In this document: in pieces, positions 1-9,937 of the stretch | How positions within the stretch are numbered: the first letter of the stretch is position 1 | Layout: each line of letters starts with the position of its first letter | Source: Octopus sinensis | Lineage: Eukaryota | Length of the DNA: 21,478 nt | Direction of reading: 5' to 3' | Assembly: GCF_006345805.1 (NCBI RefSeq) | Contig: NW_021824255.1 | Location: forward strand, 1-21,478 | Notes under the pieces: generated by a model | The model's input: only the letters and a program-made list of their open reading frames with translations | The model's database searches: none | What the model was told of the DNA's origin: nothing | Translations under genes and position numbers: made by a program

Positions 1-228
1 ATTGGATCAAGAGAGAATAAAAGACTAAACTATCCTCAAAAGATGTCTAAGAAATAAAACCACGCTCAGCAAATCATTTGCTTTAGTGATGATATACATC
101 ATATTTCTATCAATTGATTGCTTTAGTTCCTATTACAAAATTAAAGGATGATGGGAAATATTTTATACAACTGACATTTATGTGATAATTTTTAAGTAGT
201 TTATGATAATTATTTTTGAAGACAATGT

Positions 229-559
229 AAAAAAATAACAATGGCACGCTGTCAGTTACGATAACAAGGGTTCCAGTTGATCCGATCAACGAAACAGCCT
301 GGTCATGAAATTAATGTGCAAGTGGCTGAGTACTCCATAGACACATGTACCCTTAATGTAGTTCCCAGGGAGATTCAGCATGATATTGAGTCTGAGAAGG
401 CTCGTTCTTTGAAATACTGGTACTACTCATTATTGCCAGCTGAGGGAACTGGAGGAACGTGGAATAAAGTGTCTTGCTCGACATGTCACTGGGAATTGAA
501 CTCATGACCTTACGAATGTGAGCCAAATCCTCTAACCACTAAGCCACGCACCTTCACAC
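229..559 (-). mobile_element. tRNA-derived SINE (family F), full length
   Basis: Minus strand starts gtgaaggtgcgTGGCTTAGTGG (A box) and later has GAGTTCAATTCC (B box). Exact 11-bp TSD gaagacaatgt at 218-228 and 560-570. Tail recurs at 7216-7316 and 20085-20250. Confidence 0.85.
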
Positions 560-571
560 GAAGACAATGTG

Positions 572-902
572 ATATTTTGTTGTATCTTGGGAGGGTCGTT
601 ATGCTCATAATAAAAGCCAGCATTAATACTTTTTAACTTCTTCATTTTTTTTATTTATCAATTGATTAATCATTAAAGTAATTAACTAATCAATTATTTG
701 ATTAATCATTCAGTTATTCAAGCAATCAGCTAGGTTTGGCAAAGTCTTTTCATTGCCATTTGTGACCTTATCAATGAAATGTCTTTTCCACTCCAGGTTC
801 GTTTCGGGTCTGTCTGTTTGTCTCCTAGTTAGAGCCACGATGTGTGTGTGTGTGTGTGTGTGTTTATTGAAATAATGAACCTCTTGAGATACAACAAAGT
901 AT
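572..902. mobile_element. Degenerate foldback/MITE, same family as 14083-14474, second arm mostly deleted
   Basis: Terminal inverted repeats 572-610 / 864-902 (29/39 by eye). 740-797 resembles the reverse complement of the spacer of the 14 kb copy. Confidence 0.6.
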
Positions 903-1005
903 GTTCCAACACACAAGGTTACGTCAACAAGTGTATGATAAAAACAAAATCACCATGACAGATTACTTTTAAAAAGAAAACTCATATAATTATAAATGTT
1001 ATATT

Positions 1006-1424
1006 AAATACCTATTTCTTTACTGCCCACAAGAGGCCAAACACAGAGGGGACAAACAAGGACAGACAAATGGATTAAGTCGATTATATCGACCCCAGTG
1101 CATAACTGGTACTTATTTAATCGACCCTGAAAGGATGAAAGGCAAAGTCGACCTCGGCAGAATTTGAACTCAGAACGTAGCGGCAGACGAAATACCTATT
1201 TCTTTACTACCCACAAGGGGGCTAAACACAGAGGGGACAACAAGGACAGACAAATGGATTAAGTCGATTATATCGACCCCAGTGCATAACTGGTACTTAT
1301 TTAATCGACCCCGAAAGGATGAAAGGCAAAGTCGACCTCGGCGGAATTTGAACTCAGAACGTAGTGGCAGACGAAATACCACTTAGCATTTCGCCCGGCG
1401 TGCTAATGATTCTGCCAGCTCGCC
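1006..1424 (-). mobile_element. tRNA-derived SINE family B, dimer (head plus two bodies, plus 7 nt of a third)
   Basis: A-box-like tggcagaatcattagc and B box gagttcaaattcc. The body gactttgcctttcatcctttcggggtcg...aagtaccag resembles the MetaSINE/Sauria-SINE-type core (from memory). Junction at 1196/1197. Confidence 0.9.
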
Positions 1425-1665
1425 AGTCAAAATATTTTTGAAGAAATTACACAAATTCTTATCAATTGAGTACAAATTTTGTTTCATATTATTTCACAGA
1501 TAAAACTTCATATGAAATCCAGGACATAATATGAAAATTCAAAGTTATTATGGAAACAGTATTGGTTTGTTAACGCTTGTGACATACATAACAATCATTA
1601 TATGGAGCATGACTATTGTAGGCACCGGATTCTTTAGAAAAAGTTAAATGAAATTATAACATATC

Positions 1666-2240
1666 AAAAGCGACAAGCTGGCAGAAACGTTAGCACGCCG
1701 GGCAAAATGCTCAGCGGTATTTCGTCTGTCGCTACGTTCTGAGTTCAAATTCCGCCGAGGTCAACTTTGCCTTTCATCTTTTTGGGGGTCGATTAAATAA
1801 GTACCAGTTATGCACTGGTGTCGATATAATCAACTTAATCCGTTTGTCTGTCCTTGTTTAGCCCCTTGAGGGTAGTAAAGAAATAGGTATTGCGTCTGCC
1901 GCTACGTTCTGAGTTCAAATTCCGCTGAGGTCGACTTTGCCTTTCATCCTTTTGGGGTCGATTAAATAAGTACCAGTTACGCACTGGCGTCGATATAATC
2001 GACTTAATCCGTTTGTCTGTCCTTGTTTAGCCCCTTGAGGGTAGTAAAGAAATAGGTATTGCGTCTGCCGCTACGTTCTGAGTTCAAATTCCGCCGAGGT
2101 CAACTTTGCCTTTCATCCTTTTGGGGGGTCGATTAAATAAGTACCAGTTACGCACTGGTGTCGATATAATCGACTTAATCCGTTTGTCTGTCTCTGTTTG
2201 TCCTGTCTGTGTTTAGCCCCTGGTAAGTAGTAAAGAAATA
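1666..2240 (+). mobile_element. SINE family B, trimer
   Basis: Units restart at 1886 and 2055. 16-bp TSD gaaatt(a/g)taacatatc at 1650-1665 and 2241-2256. Confidence 0.9.
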
Positions 2241-2272
2241 GAAATTGTAACATATCCATGCGTAGCTGTTTA

Positions 2273-2342
2273 TAGGTGCAGGCCTGGCTACGTAGTTAAG
2301 AAGCTTGCCTTGCAACTACATGGTTTCAGGTTCAGTCCCAGT
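2273..2342 (+). mobile_element. SINE family C, tRNA-like head fragment
   Basis: taggtgcagg..tggct..gtagttaagaagcttgc...ggttcagtccca matches the head of the 13272-13691 copy. Confidence 0.65.
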
Positions 2343-2379
2343 ACAGTCATGTAGTAGAGGTTGTTGCTTTTAAGCACTC

Positions 2380-2600
2380 AATTCAGCTGTGATCAAGAAG
2401 GTTTATGATCAACAATGTTCCAACCATGACCATCTCCAAAGTTTTTTTTGCATTTGATAAAGTATAATATATCTAGTGCTACATTACCCAATGTGTTCTT
2501 CCTTTTTTTTTCATTCAAGTCAGTAGAGTGCAATTTGAAGGATTATTTAGCTGCTATTTCTAAGCACAAGGTTGAGCAACCGCATAACAGTTGCAAACAG
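2380..2600 (+). repeat. Old dispersed repeat (family G)
   Basis: Motifs tttatgatcaa..ttcca.ccatgaccatc and atttRgctgctatttcta recur at about 11320-11400, 11945-12010, 19100-19260 and 19320-19355. Confidence 0.55.
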
Positions 2601-2969
2601 GTCAGGAGAAGATGGAAATATATAAATGACTAATTTCTATTGCACACACTTCGATATTAATACTCCATGCAGCAGGTATCATCTCTGGGTATATTTCCTT
2701 ACTGTGTTTATTTTCTTGAGCATTTCATCAATAATTCCTTCCCCTATGCCTGAAGACCTTCAAGACCTGTGAATTCCCATCTTCCTAGCTGGCTTGCATT
2801 ATGTAATTCTTCTTTCATTTCAACAGTAGATTCTTCTTCTCTTCACATATCTTCAAGTTAGATCTTCACTGTCAAATCTCCTTCTATTCTTTTTTATTTA
2901 TTTATTTCTTTTTTTTTTTTTCCTTTTTCTATTCTCTATTTGGACTCTTTTCTTAGATAAAACACTCTT

Positions 2970-3025
2970 GGGTCAACTTAGGTCAACTTAGGTCATCTTA
3001 GGTCAAAGGAGGTCAACTGAGGTCA
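2970..3025 (+). promoter_or_regulatory. 10-bp-period array of six RGGTCA hexamers (candidate nuclear-receptor DR4 cluster)
   Basis: GGGTCA actt AGGTCA actt AGGTCA tctt AGGTCA aagg AGGTCA actg AGGTCA. The array is certain; its function is inferred. Confidence 0.35.
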
Positions 3026-4029
3026 CTCTACTTATATTTTTTTTCCTTTCTCCCCCCTCCCCCCCCCCCCGCCGGTTTGCTTTCCTTCTAATTATTTCTA
3101 ATTTAAACAGTTCTCATCAACCGTGCTCTCCTTCATATCTGCTGCGTCACTTGCTCCTTATCACATTAATTTCGAGTTTTCTTTTCATCATATGCAGACT
3201 AAAACACACACACACACACACACACACACGTACAGCTCATGAACACATCATGTGTACATGGACTTGTGCATGCGTATGTATGTATGCATGCATTTATGAG
3301 TGCTTCTTAAATATTAATAAATAAGAATATAGATCATGCAAATCATAATAATCTCATTCCATTTCAAATTCTTCAGATGCACTACTTTCCCTACCAATCC
3401 ATACCATAGTTTAGTACCACTCGATATTACTTTTGTATGTGGAGAGAGCTCCTCATTGCCATCTTATAATGCTGGTTATCTAAGATTCTTCCATTCACAG
3501 CAAACCCTAGAGACTAAACTGTCCTTGGTTACTGCATTAATCAAGTGTCTTAGATAGCAAGACTTATCTATTGCTTCCAATCTCTTGATGCAGATAATTA
3601 CTCAAGTTCATTGTCTCTTGTATATCTCTTGGAGTGTTATAAATGCAAGTGCATTACTAGTCTGCAAAGATATTGCAACATCTTATGCACTCTATTGTTG
3701 ATTGATTGATTACATAAAATGGAATTTACCACTAAAAGAAAAAAAAAAAAAGAAAGAAAGAATGAATGAATGAATGAAAGAAAGAGACAATGAAAAGAAT
3801 GAAAGAAAGTAAGAACGTTATTGACTGCAAATAGTGAATAAGTGCAATCGTGTCTGTCTGTGTGAATAAAAAAAAGTCTGTATCACAGCCATGTGATTCT
3901 GATGGTTCTGGGTTCAATTCTACCGTGCGATATCCAAAATAAAAGTCTTTTATTTATCATACATAGCCTTAGGTCTTTCAATGATTTGTGAATGGAATCT
4001 AGGCATCTGGTAGATTAAAAAATACACAT

Positions 4030-4133
4030 ATATGTATGTGTGCATGTGCATGTGTGTGTAGTGTGTATGTGTGTATGTGTGTGTGTGTGTGTGTGTTTGT
4101 GTGTATCATCATTATCATCATCATCATTATCAA

Positions 4134-4167
<34 letters not shown>

Positions 4168-4270
4168 GTCGTCGTCGTCGTCATCTGTCTTCCATTCTGG
4201 CATGGGTTTCGTGTATATATATATACATACATATACATGTGTGTGTATACATACATATACATATATTCAC
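4030..4270. repeat. Compound (TG)n/(CAT)n/(TA)n microsatellite containing a family E tail stub
   Basis: Direct reading. cttccattctggcatgggtt at about 4189-4208 follows the CAT run. Confidence 0.9.
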
Positions 4271-4281
4271 ACTCAAATATG

Positions 4282-4376
4282 TATTCTTTTATTCTCTTAT
4301 TCTTTTACTTGTTTCAGTCATTTGACTGCAACCATGCTGGAGCACTGCCTTTAGTCAAACAAATCGACCCCAGGAC
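4282..4376 (-). mobile_element. SINE family C, 3' fragment
   Basis: cttttacttgtttcagtcatttgactgc..ccatgctggagcac matches the 13272 and 17680 copies. Confidence 0.85.
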
Positions 4377-4564
4377 TTTCCACTATAGGCACAAGGCCTG
4401 AAATTCTGGAGGAGGGGGAAAGTCAATCACATTGACCCTGGAACTTGACTGGTACTTAATTTATTGGCCCCAAAATGATGAAAGGCAAAGCTGACCTCAG
4501 TCAAATTTGAACCCAAAACATAAAGATGGATGGTCAGCTCACCACCTTGCCAGCTCACCACCTT
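4377..4564 (-). mobile_element. Diverged SINE family B relative
   Basis: actggtactta...gatgaaaggcaaag.tgacctc...atttgaac...ccagctcacc. Short duplication cagctcaccaccttg x2 at its 5' end. Confidence 0.7.
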
Positions 4565-4602
4565 GTTTACAACTGAAATATAAAAATAAATAATAAAACA
4601 AT

Positions 4603-4696
4603 TTGGAGCCTGGTGCAGCCATCTGGCTCGCCAGCTCTCAGTTAAACCGTCCAACCCATGCTAGCATGGAAAGCAGATGTAAAACGATGATGATGA
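4603..4696 (+). mobile_element. Family E (RTE 3'UTR) 3' fragment with (GAT)n tail
   Basis: tggagcctggtgcagcc...ccgtccaacccatgctagcatggaaagc..gatgatgatga. Confidence 0.85.
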
Positions 4697-4871
4697 AATT
4701 GGTTCATAGTAGCTTTCCTACTCATGTAGCAGTTGGGTGACACAACATGTTATACATGATATTTAAGAGTTTGAAGACAATTTACGCTCTGGAATCAAGA
4801 TGTGTGTTATACATGATATTATTAGAATTTCAAGAGAATTTAAGCTCTGTCAGAAAGATCAGAGTCTAGAG

Positions 4872-5090
4872 CAGTGCTTTTCAAACTTTTTGCTGGAGCG
4901 GAACCCCAAGGAAACATTCCACTGGCTCAAAAAACCCCTGTGCAATAATTTAATAGTCTTATGCACACATATCTGCACAGGAGGATTAAAAATTACTGCC
5001 GATTTTAGCAGTTTTGTAACTTCTTGCAGAACCCCTGCACTGTACTGGCAGAACCCTAAGGTTCCGCGGAATCCTGGTTGAAAACCACTG
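4872..5090. mobile_element. hAT (Charlie-like) MITE, 219 bp
   Basis: TIRs cagtgcttttcaa / ttgaaaaccactg. Perfect 8-bp TSD gtctagag at 4864-4871 and 5091-5098, matching the NTCTAGAN preference of Charlie-type elements. Confidence 0.92.
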
Positions 5091-5491
5091 GTCTAGAGTA
5101 TAACAAAAGAAGTATGCCATTAAAATTGCTACCTGTTTTTGAGTGAAGCAGTTTACTGGTAGTCATCTTGTCATGTAAATTTGAATTATCAATGTTTTGG
5201 ATTGAGCATTTCGTACTCCTGCACTGGAAGCCAAGAATTAAACAGAAAATGAGGTAACCAAAACAACGAACTATTGAAAACATATGTTATTATTAAAAGT
5301 AAGAATAAGTTCTTGCAGGAAAATCTCCTCTTCTCACTTATGTAAACTTCTGTGTTGCTTATAAAGTTGCTCAAAGTTGTGTTTACTTTTATTTAACTTA
5401 TTTCTCATTGCTAAGAACCTCTCCATTCAACAAGCCACAGCAGGCCCCAAAATTGAGACATGTGTAATACATACTAGCGTATTATTTGTGG

Positions 5492-5785
5492 TGGTTCTAT
5501 TGAGGAGAGTAGTGAGTTTCTCTCTGCAAAGCTAATGCCATGTTGACGAGGTTCTTCTGGATCTCTTCCCTGCCAAAAGAAGGTGAAATCCTGCTCTTTG
5601 AGTTTGCCGTTTGAGGGAAGTCTTGTCTCCTGCAGCCCAGCAATATCTAAGTTGAGCCTCTTTAGTTCACGGTCAATGATGGCCATTTTCCTTGTGTCTT
5701 CAATCCTGAGAAGATCATCAGATATTCCAGGACACATGGTCCTGACATTCCAGCTTGCCAACCGCAGAACTGGTGTTTTCTTGAC
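5492..5785 (-). pseudogene. RTE LINE AP-endonuclease N-terminal fragment
   Basis: KKTPVLRLASWNVRTM...LDIAGLQETRL...FTFFWQG...RQHGISFA contains the APE-domain motifs WNVR, LQET and HG(V/I)xF. Confidence 0.9.
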
Positions 5786-5811
5786 TTTTAGTTGAGAATG
5801 GCGACATACAG

Positions 5812-6030
5812 CAAAACCGTGGAGAATGGCGACATACAGTAAAAGAGGGAATACAAAGGAGTGACAGAGAGAGAGAAGAGAAATGGAAAGAAAGGAAGAG
5901 ACGTAAACAAGAGACTATGGCACTACAACCAGCCAGGAGCATTCTTCGCTACATTTGCGGTACCTGCCAGAGGGAGTGTTTGTCCAGGATAGGACTACAC
6001 AGCCACAGCAGGAAATGTATCAGGACATGA
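5812..6030 (+). pseudogene. RTE LINE ORF C-terminus with C2H2-like zinc finger (not in the ORF track)
   Basis: Manual translation QNRGEWRHTVKEGIQRSDREREEKWKERKRRKQ...YICGTCQRECLSRIGLHSHSRKCIRT*, matching the typical RTE ending CxxCxRxCxSRIGLxSH. Confidence 0.85.
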
Positions 6031-6430
6031 AATATAAAAGCTGGACTAGACTACTTCATTGTCTCCTGAGACAGAAAGGATGCCAATACCAATACCAATT
6101 ATTTGTGGACTTATATAGAATTATTTCAAGGATGAAGCAAAAGAGAACACAAATTATCAAAGCTGAATGTTTTTTCCAGAAAAGAACTCATAAAGAAGTT
6201 GATGGTTGCTTTTCTATCCATAGTATTAAAAGAAGTTAGTTTCAAAGTATATATTTTGAAATTAATAACTTAAATCTTTTTCTTATAGTCTTGTACAAAA
6301 TGTTTCATGAAATATAATATATGATATTTGTAAAACAGCCATGGTTCCTTCAAGAATCCTCACAAATCATTATAAAAAGAAAAGGGAGCTAGAGACAGAA
6401 AAACATATCAATCATCTTTCGCATGAATGA

Positions 6431-6647
6431 CCCTTTAGGATTCATATATATATTCAAATATAATGCTTATTTATTCAAATTGATTTGAATTAATCATACA
6501 TTATCTCGTAGCTTTGAGATTTCAATGATGTGATTGCATATTTTTAGAATGACATTGTAGGGTAGGTGTGAGAAGCTGAATCTGATTGGTATGAATGTAA
6601 AACATTGAATATCGAGGCCTGATATGTCCAGTTTAAATGCTAAAGGG
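6431..6647. mobile_element. piggyBac-type MITE
   Basis: TIRs ccctttaggatt / aatgctaaaggg (11/12) with CCC...GGG ends. TTAA on the right; the left target is decayed (atga). Confidence 0.7.
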
Positions 6648-7215
6648 TTAAATTAATTAGAAATGTGTGTTGTATTGTTTTTAGTTATTTTACAATACAC
6701 TAGGTAAATAACAGCATAACAGCACTGCTGGCTACAGGTCTATGGCAGACCAATTACTGATTGGTTGTATTGGTGTCAATGAGAGTGATGAGGTGCTGTC
6801 TCTACAACTTAGGTTGAATAAATGCCGTATAGAGTTATTTTATGAGAAAACCACAATTTGGTTTTGTACTTCTTTATGTCTTTACATCTTCTTTCAGTAT
6901 AATTTCATAAACACTATGCATGTTTACATACATTCATACATACACACATACATTCACATGACTAAATATATTTTATTTCAAGAGACACCACCAACTTGCA
7001 GAATGTTTCATTCATAGCATGTGTGTTTGAAGAGCTGTAAGCAGCAAAAGCAGTTATACACGATATGATAACTTCCTTCTCAAAGGTGCATGTCACTTTA
7101 CATATTTTTAAGTTATTTTAATATATGTAGTAATTTTCAATTTAAGGAAACTTTCTTCAAGTATATACATATGTGTGTGTGTAAACACACACACATACAC
7201 ACACACATATATATG

Positions 7216-7316
7216 TCTGTGAACTACTCAGCCACTTCCACATTAATTTCATGGGTAGGCTCTTCCATTGATTCAACAACTGAAGGCTTTGTTGTTGTAA
7301 CTGACCGAAAGCCAGA
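7216..7316 (+). mobile_element. SINE family F tail fragment
   Basis: tactcagccactt.cacattaatttcatg...gtaactgac..gcca is the reverse complement of about 243-345. Confidence 0.75.
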
Positions 7317-7318
7317 TG

Positions 7319-7351
<33 letters not shown>

Positions 7352-7541
7352 CATATAAACATATATTCATACACATCTGTGTGTGTGTATGCATATACCT
7401 ATATAATATATATATATATATTATACATACATATATATACATACATATGTATATTTATAATAATTTGTATGCATACAAATATACAGACGCATAATATACA
7501 TATACATATTATAGATATATGAACATATATATATATATATG

Positions 7542-7601
<60 letters not shown>

Positions 7602-7671
7602 ATATATATACATATATACACATATATATACATATATGCATATTTATATATTATACAATATATATATATTG

Positions 7672-7707
<36 letters not shown>

Positions 7708-7861
7708 AAATACAATAAACCATTTGATATATACTGATATATGGATTAATTCTTTTTGAGAATTGGTTCTCAAAACGCATAAAGCTTTGTTTATATTTCG
7801 AGAATCAATTCTACATTCTTTCAAAAGTTTATAAAATTCTTCTGATGTTAACAATATACTA

Positions 7862-7896
<35 letters not shown>

Positions 7897-8049
7897 TGTA
7901 TGTATGCATGTGCATATATATGTGTTTGTATGTGTGTGTATGTGTGTGTATGTGTGTGTATGTGTATGTGTATATGTGTGTGCTTGTTTGTGTGTTTGCA
8001 TGCATATAATACATATATGTGTGTGTGTGTGTGTGGCGAGAAAGAGAGA

Positions 8050-8091
<42 letters not shown>

Positions 8092-8212
8092 CAGATTATC
8101 AAAGAGCTCTGACTTCATGTAAATCATGCTGATTACTGGTAAGTATTTAGTGCAACATCAAGTGAGAAACTAACTATTGATTAACACTTCCATTATAGGT
8201 AGTTAGAGTGAG

Positions 8213-8244
<32 letters not shown>

Positions 8245-8544
8245 TGGAAGAGAGAGGAGGGAGGGAAAGAGAGAGATGGAATGTTACTTGTATTGTCTGG
8301 CTAGTTTCTCTCTCTGTTTTTTTTCCAAATGTGGAATGTCTGTGCATAATTTAATGCACATATATTATACGTAAACACAGACATAATGCCTATATGTATA
8401 TATATATATATATATTTCAGAACTGAAACATGTTATAATTATATATAAAAATTAAAAATTTATATAAACAGCAGCATTTTCAACTTCATTTTTTTACAAA
8501 GATATATAATATATATTATATTTATATATTATATATATACATAT

Positions 8545-8578
<34 letters not shown>

Positions 8579-8658
8579 ATATATATATATCTATATATAT
8601 CTATATACATATATATATATATTATATTATTATAATATATATATATAAATATATATAT

Positions 8659-8738
<80 letters not shown>

Positions 8739-8743
8739 ACTAT

Positions 8744-8778
<35 letters not shown>

Positions 8779-8800
8779 TATATTATATATATATATATTG
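7317..8800. repeat. Microsatellite field: (TA)n, (CA)n, (TG)n and (GA)n blocks with short unique spacers
   Basis: Direct reading; explains the YI/CV/ER-repeat ORFs. Confidence 0.9.
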
Positions 8801-9101
8801 GGGAGGCGCAATGGCCCAGTGGTTAGGGCAGGACCTCGCGCGTTTTGATTCCCAGACTGGGCGTTGTGAGTGTTTAATTGAGCGAAAACACCTAAAGCTC
8901 CACAAGGTCCGGCAGGGGGGGGGGGTGATCCCTGCTGTACTCTTTTGCCACAACTTTCTTTCACTCTTTTCTTCTGTGGCCTGCTCACTTAGCCAGCGGG
9001 GGTGGCGGCATTTGAAGGCTAAAACAATGCAAAGCGCATTGTGACCAGCGATGTGTAGCAACATCTGATAGCCTGGTCGGTCACAGTCACGGTCACGGTG
9101 A
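8800..9101 (+). mobile_element. tRNA-derived SINE family D with (GTCACG)n tail
   Basis: ggcgcaaTGGCCCAGTGGttagg A box and tttgattccc B box. Near-colinear with 14496-14784. Flanked by (TA)n. Confidence 0.85.
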
Positions 9102-9150
9102 TTATATATATTATGTGTATGTATGTATGTATGTATGTATATATATTATA

Positions 9151-9190
<40 letters not shown>

Positions 9191-9688
9191 TGTATACAAC
9201 ACACACACACACACCATATATATATACATATATATATATTTTATTTAATTATATTTATTAGGGAATAAAAGTCCCGGCATCATAGGGATTCAAATTATTC
9301 TCAATGAGGATATATATATACTACATCCCTTACATTAGTAGTAAGTATTAAATTAAATTAAAACTCTTTCATATGGTGGGATGAAGGAGCCTAATATCTC
9401 TAAATGAATATATATATATATATATAAACATATATATATAGATATGGATTTAGATGCATGTGTGTACGGATGAATGCCGGTATAGTGCATGCATTATAAT
9501 GTGGACCAAAACGACCTGGACACTCCCTGTTTAAGTGAATGTCACTTCACAGTGTTGAATGAAATGATACTGTTGAAATATATCGAAACCATTGTGATTG
9601 CGGGGCAAGAGCTCACAAGGAGAATATCTACACAGTACAAACTGCATGTAAAATAAAATACATATTTAAATATATATACACATGTATG

Positions 9689-9832
9689 TCATCATCATCA
9701 TCATCATCATCGTTTAACATCCGCTTTCCATGCTAGCATGGGTTGGACGATTTGACTGAGGACTGGTGAACCAGATGGCTGCACCAGGCCCCAATCTTGA
9801 TCTGGCAGAGTTTTTATAGCTGGATGCCCTTC
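9689..9832 (-). mobile_element. Family E 3' fragment
   Basis: (CAT)n-cgtttaacatccgctttccatgctagcatgggttggacg...gctggatgcccttc. Confidence 0.85.
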
Positions 9833-9937
9833 ATATACATATATATATATAGACATACAGATATATATATAATATAATGTATATTACATATATTATATAT
9901 GTATATATATACATCATACATACATACATATAATATA

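Larger units (their letters stand above)
5492..6097 (+). mobile_element. 5'-inverted, internally deleted RTE-clade LINE insertion
   Basis: 11-bp TSD attatttgtgg at 5481-5491 and 6098-6108 encloses an antisense endonuclease piece, a sense C-terminus, a short 3'UTR and a (CCAATA)n tail. Confidence 0.8.

Noticed and set aside
2977-3003. Telomere-like TTAGG repeats
   Set aside because: The period is 10 bp, not tandem TTAGG or TTAGGG.
3500-3630. Possible decayed inverted repeat
   Set aside because: Only scattered short matches, not distinguishable from chance by eye.
6742-7017. 91-aa ORF in partly unique sequence
   Set aside because: No recognisable motif, and it runs into a (CATA)n repeat.
8095-8145. 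Consensus donor tg|gtaagt at about 8139
   Set aside because: No credible upstream acceptor (GA microsatellite) and no recognisable frame.
9570-9600. Hammerhead-like ctgttga-aatatatc-gaaac
   Set aside because: The core deviates from CUGANGA, and I cannot build stems I and III or a cleavage triplet.
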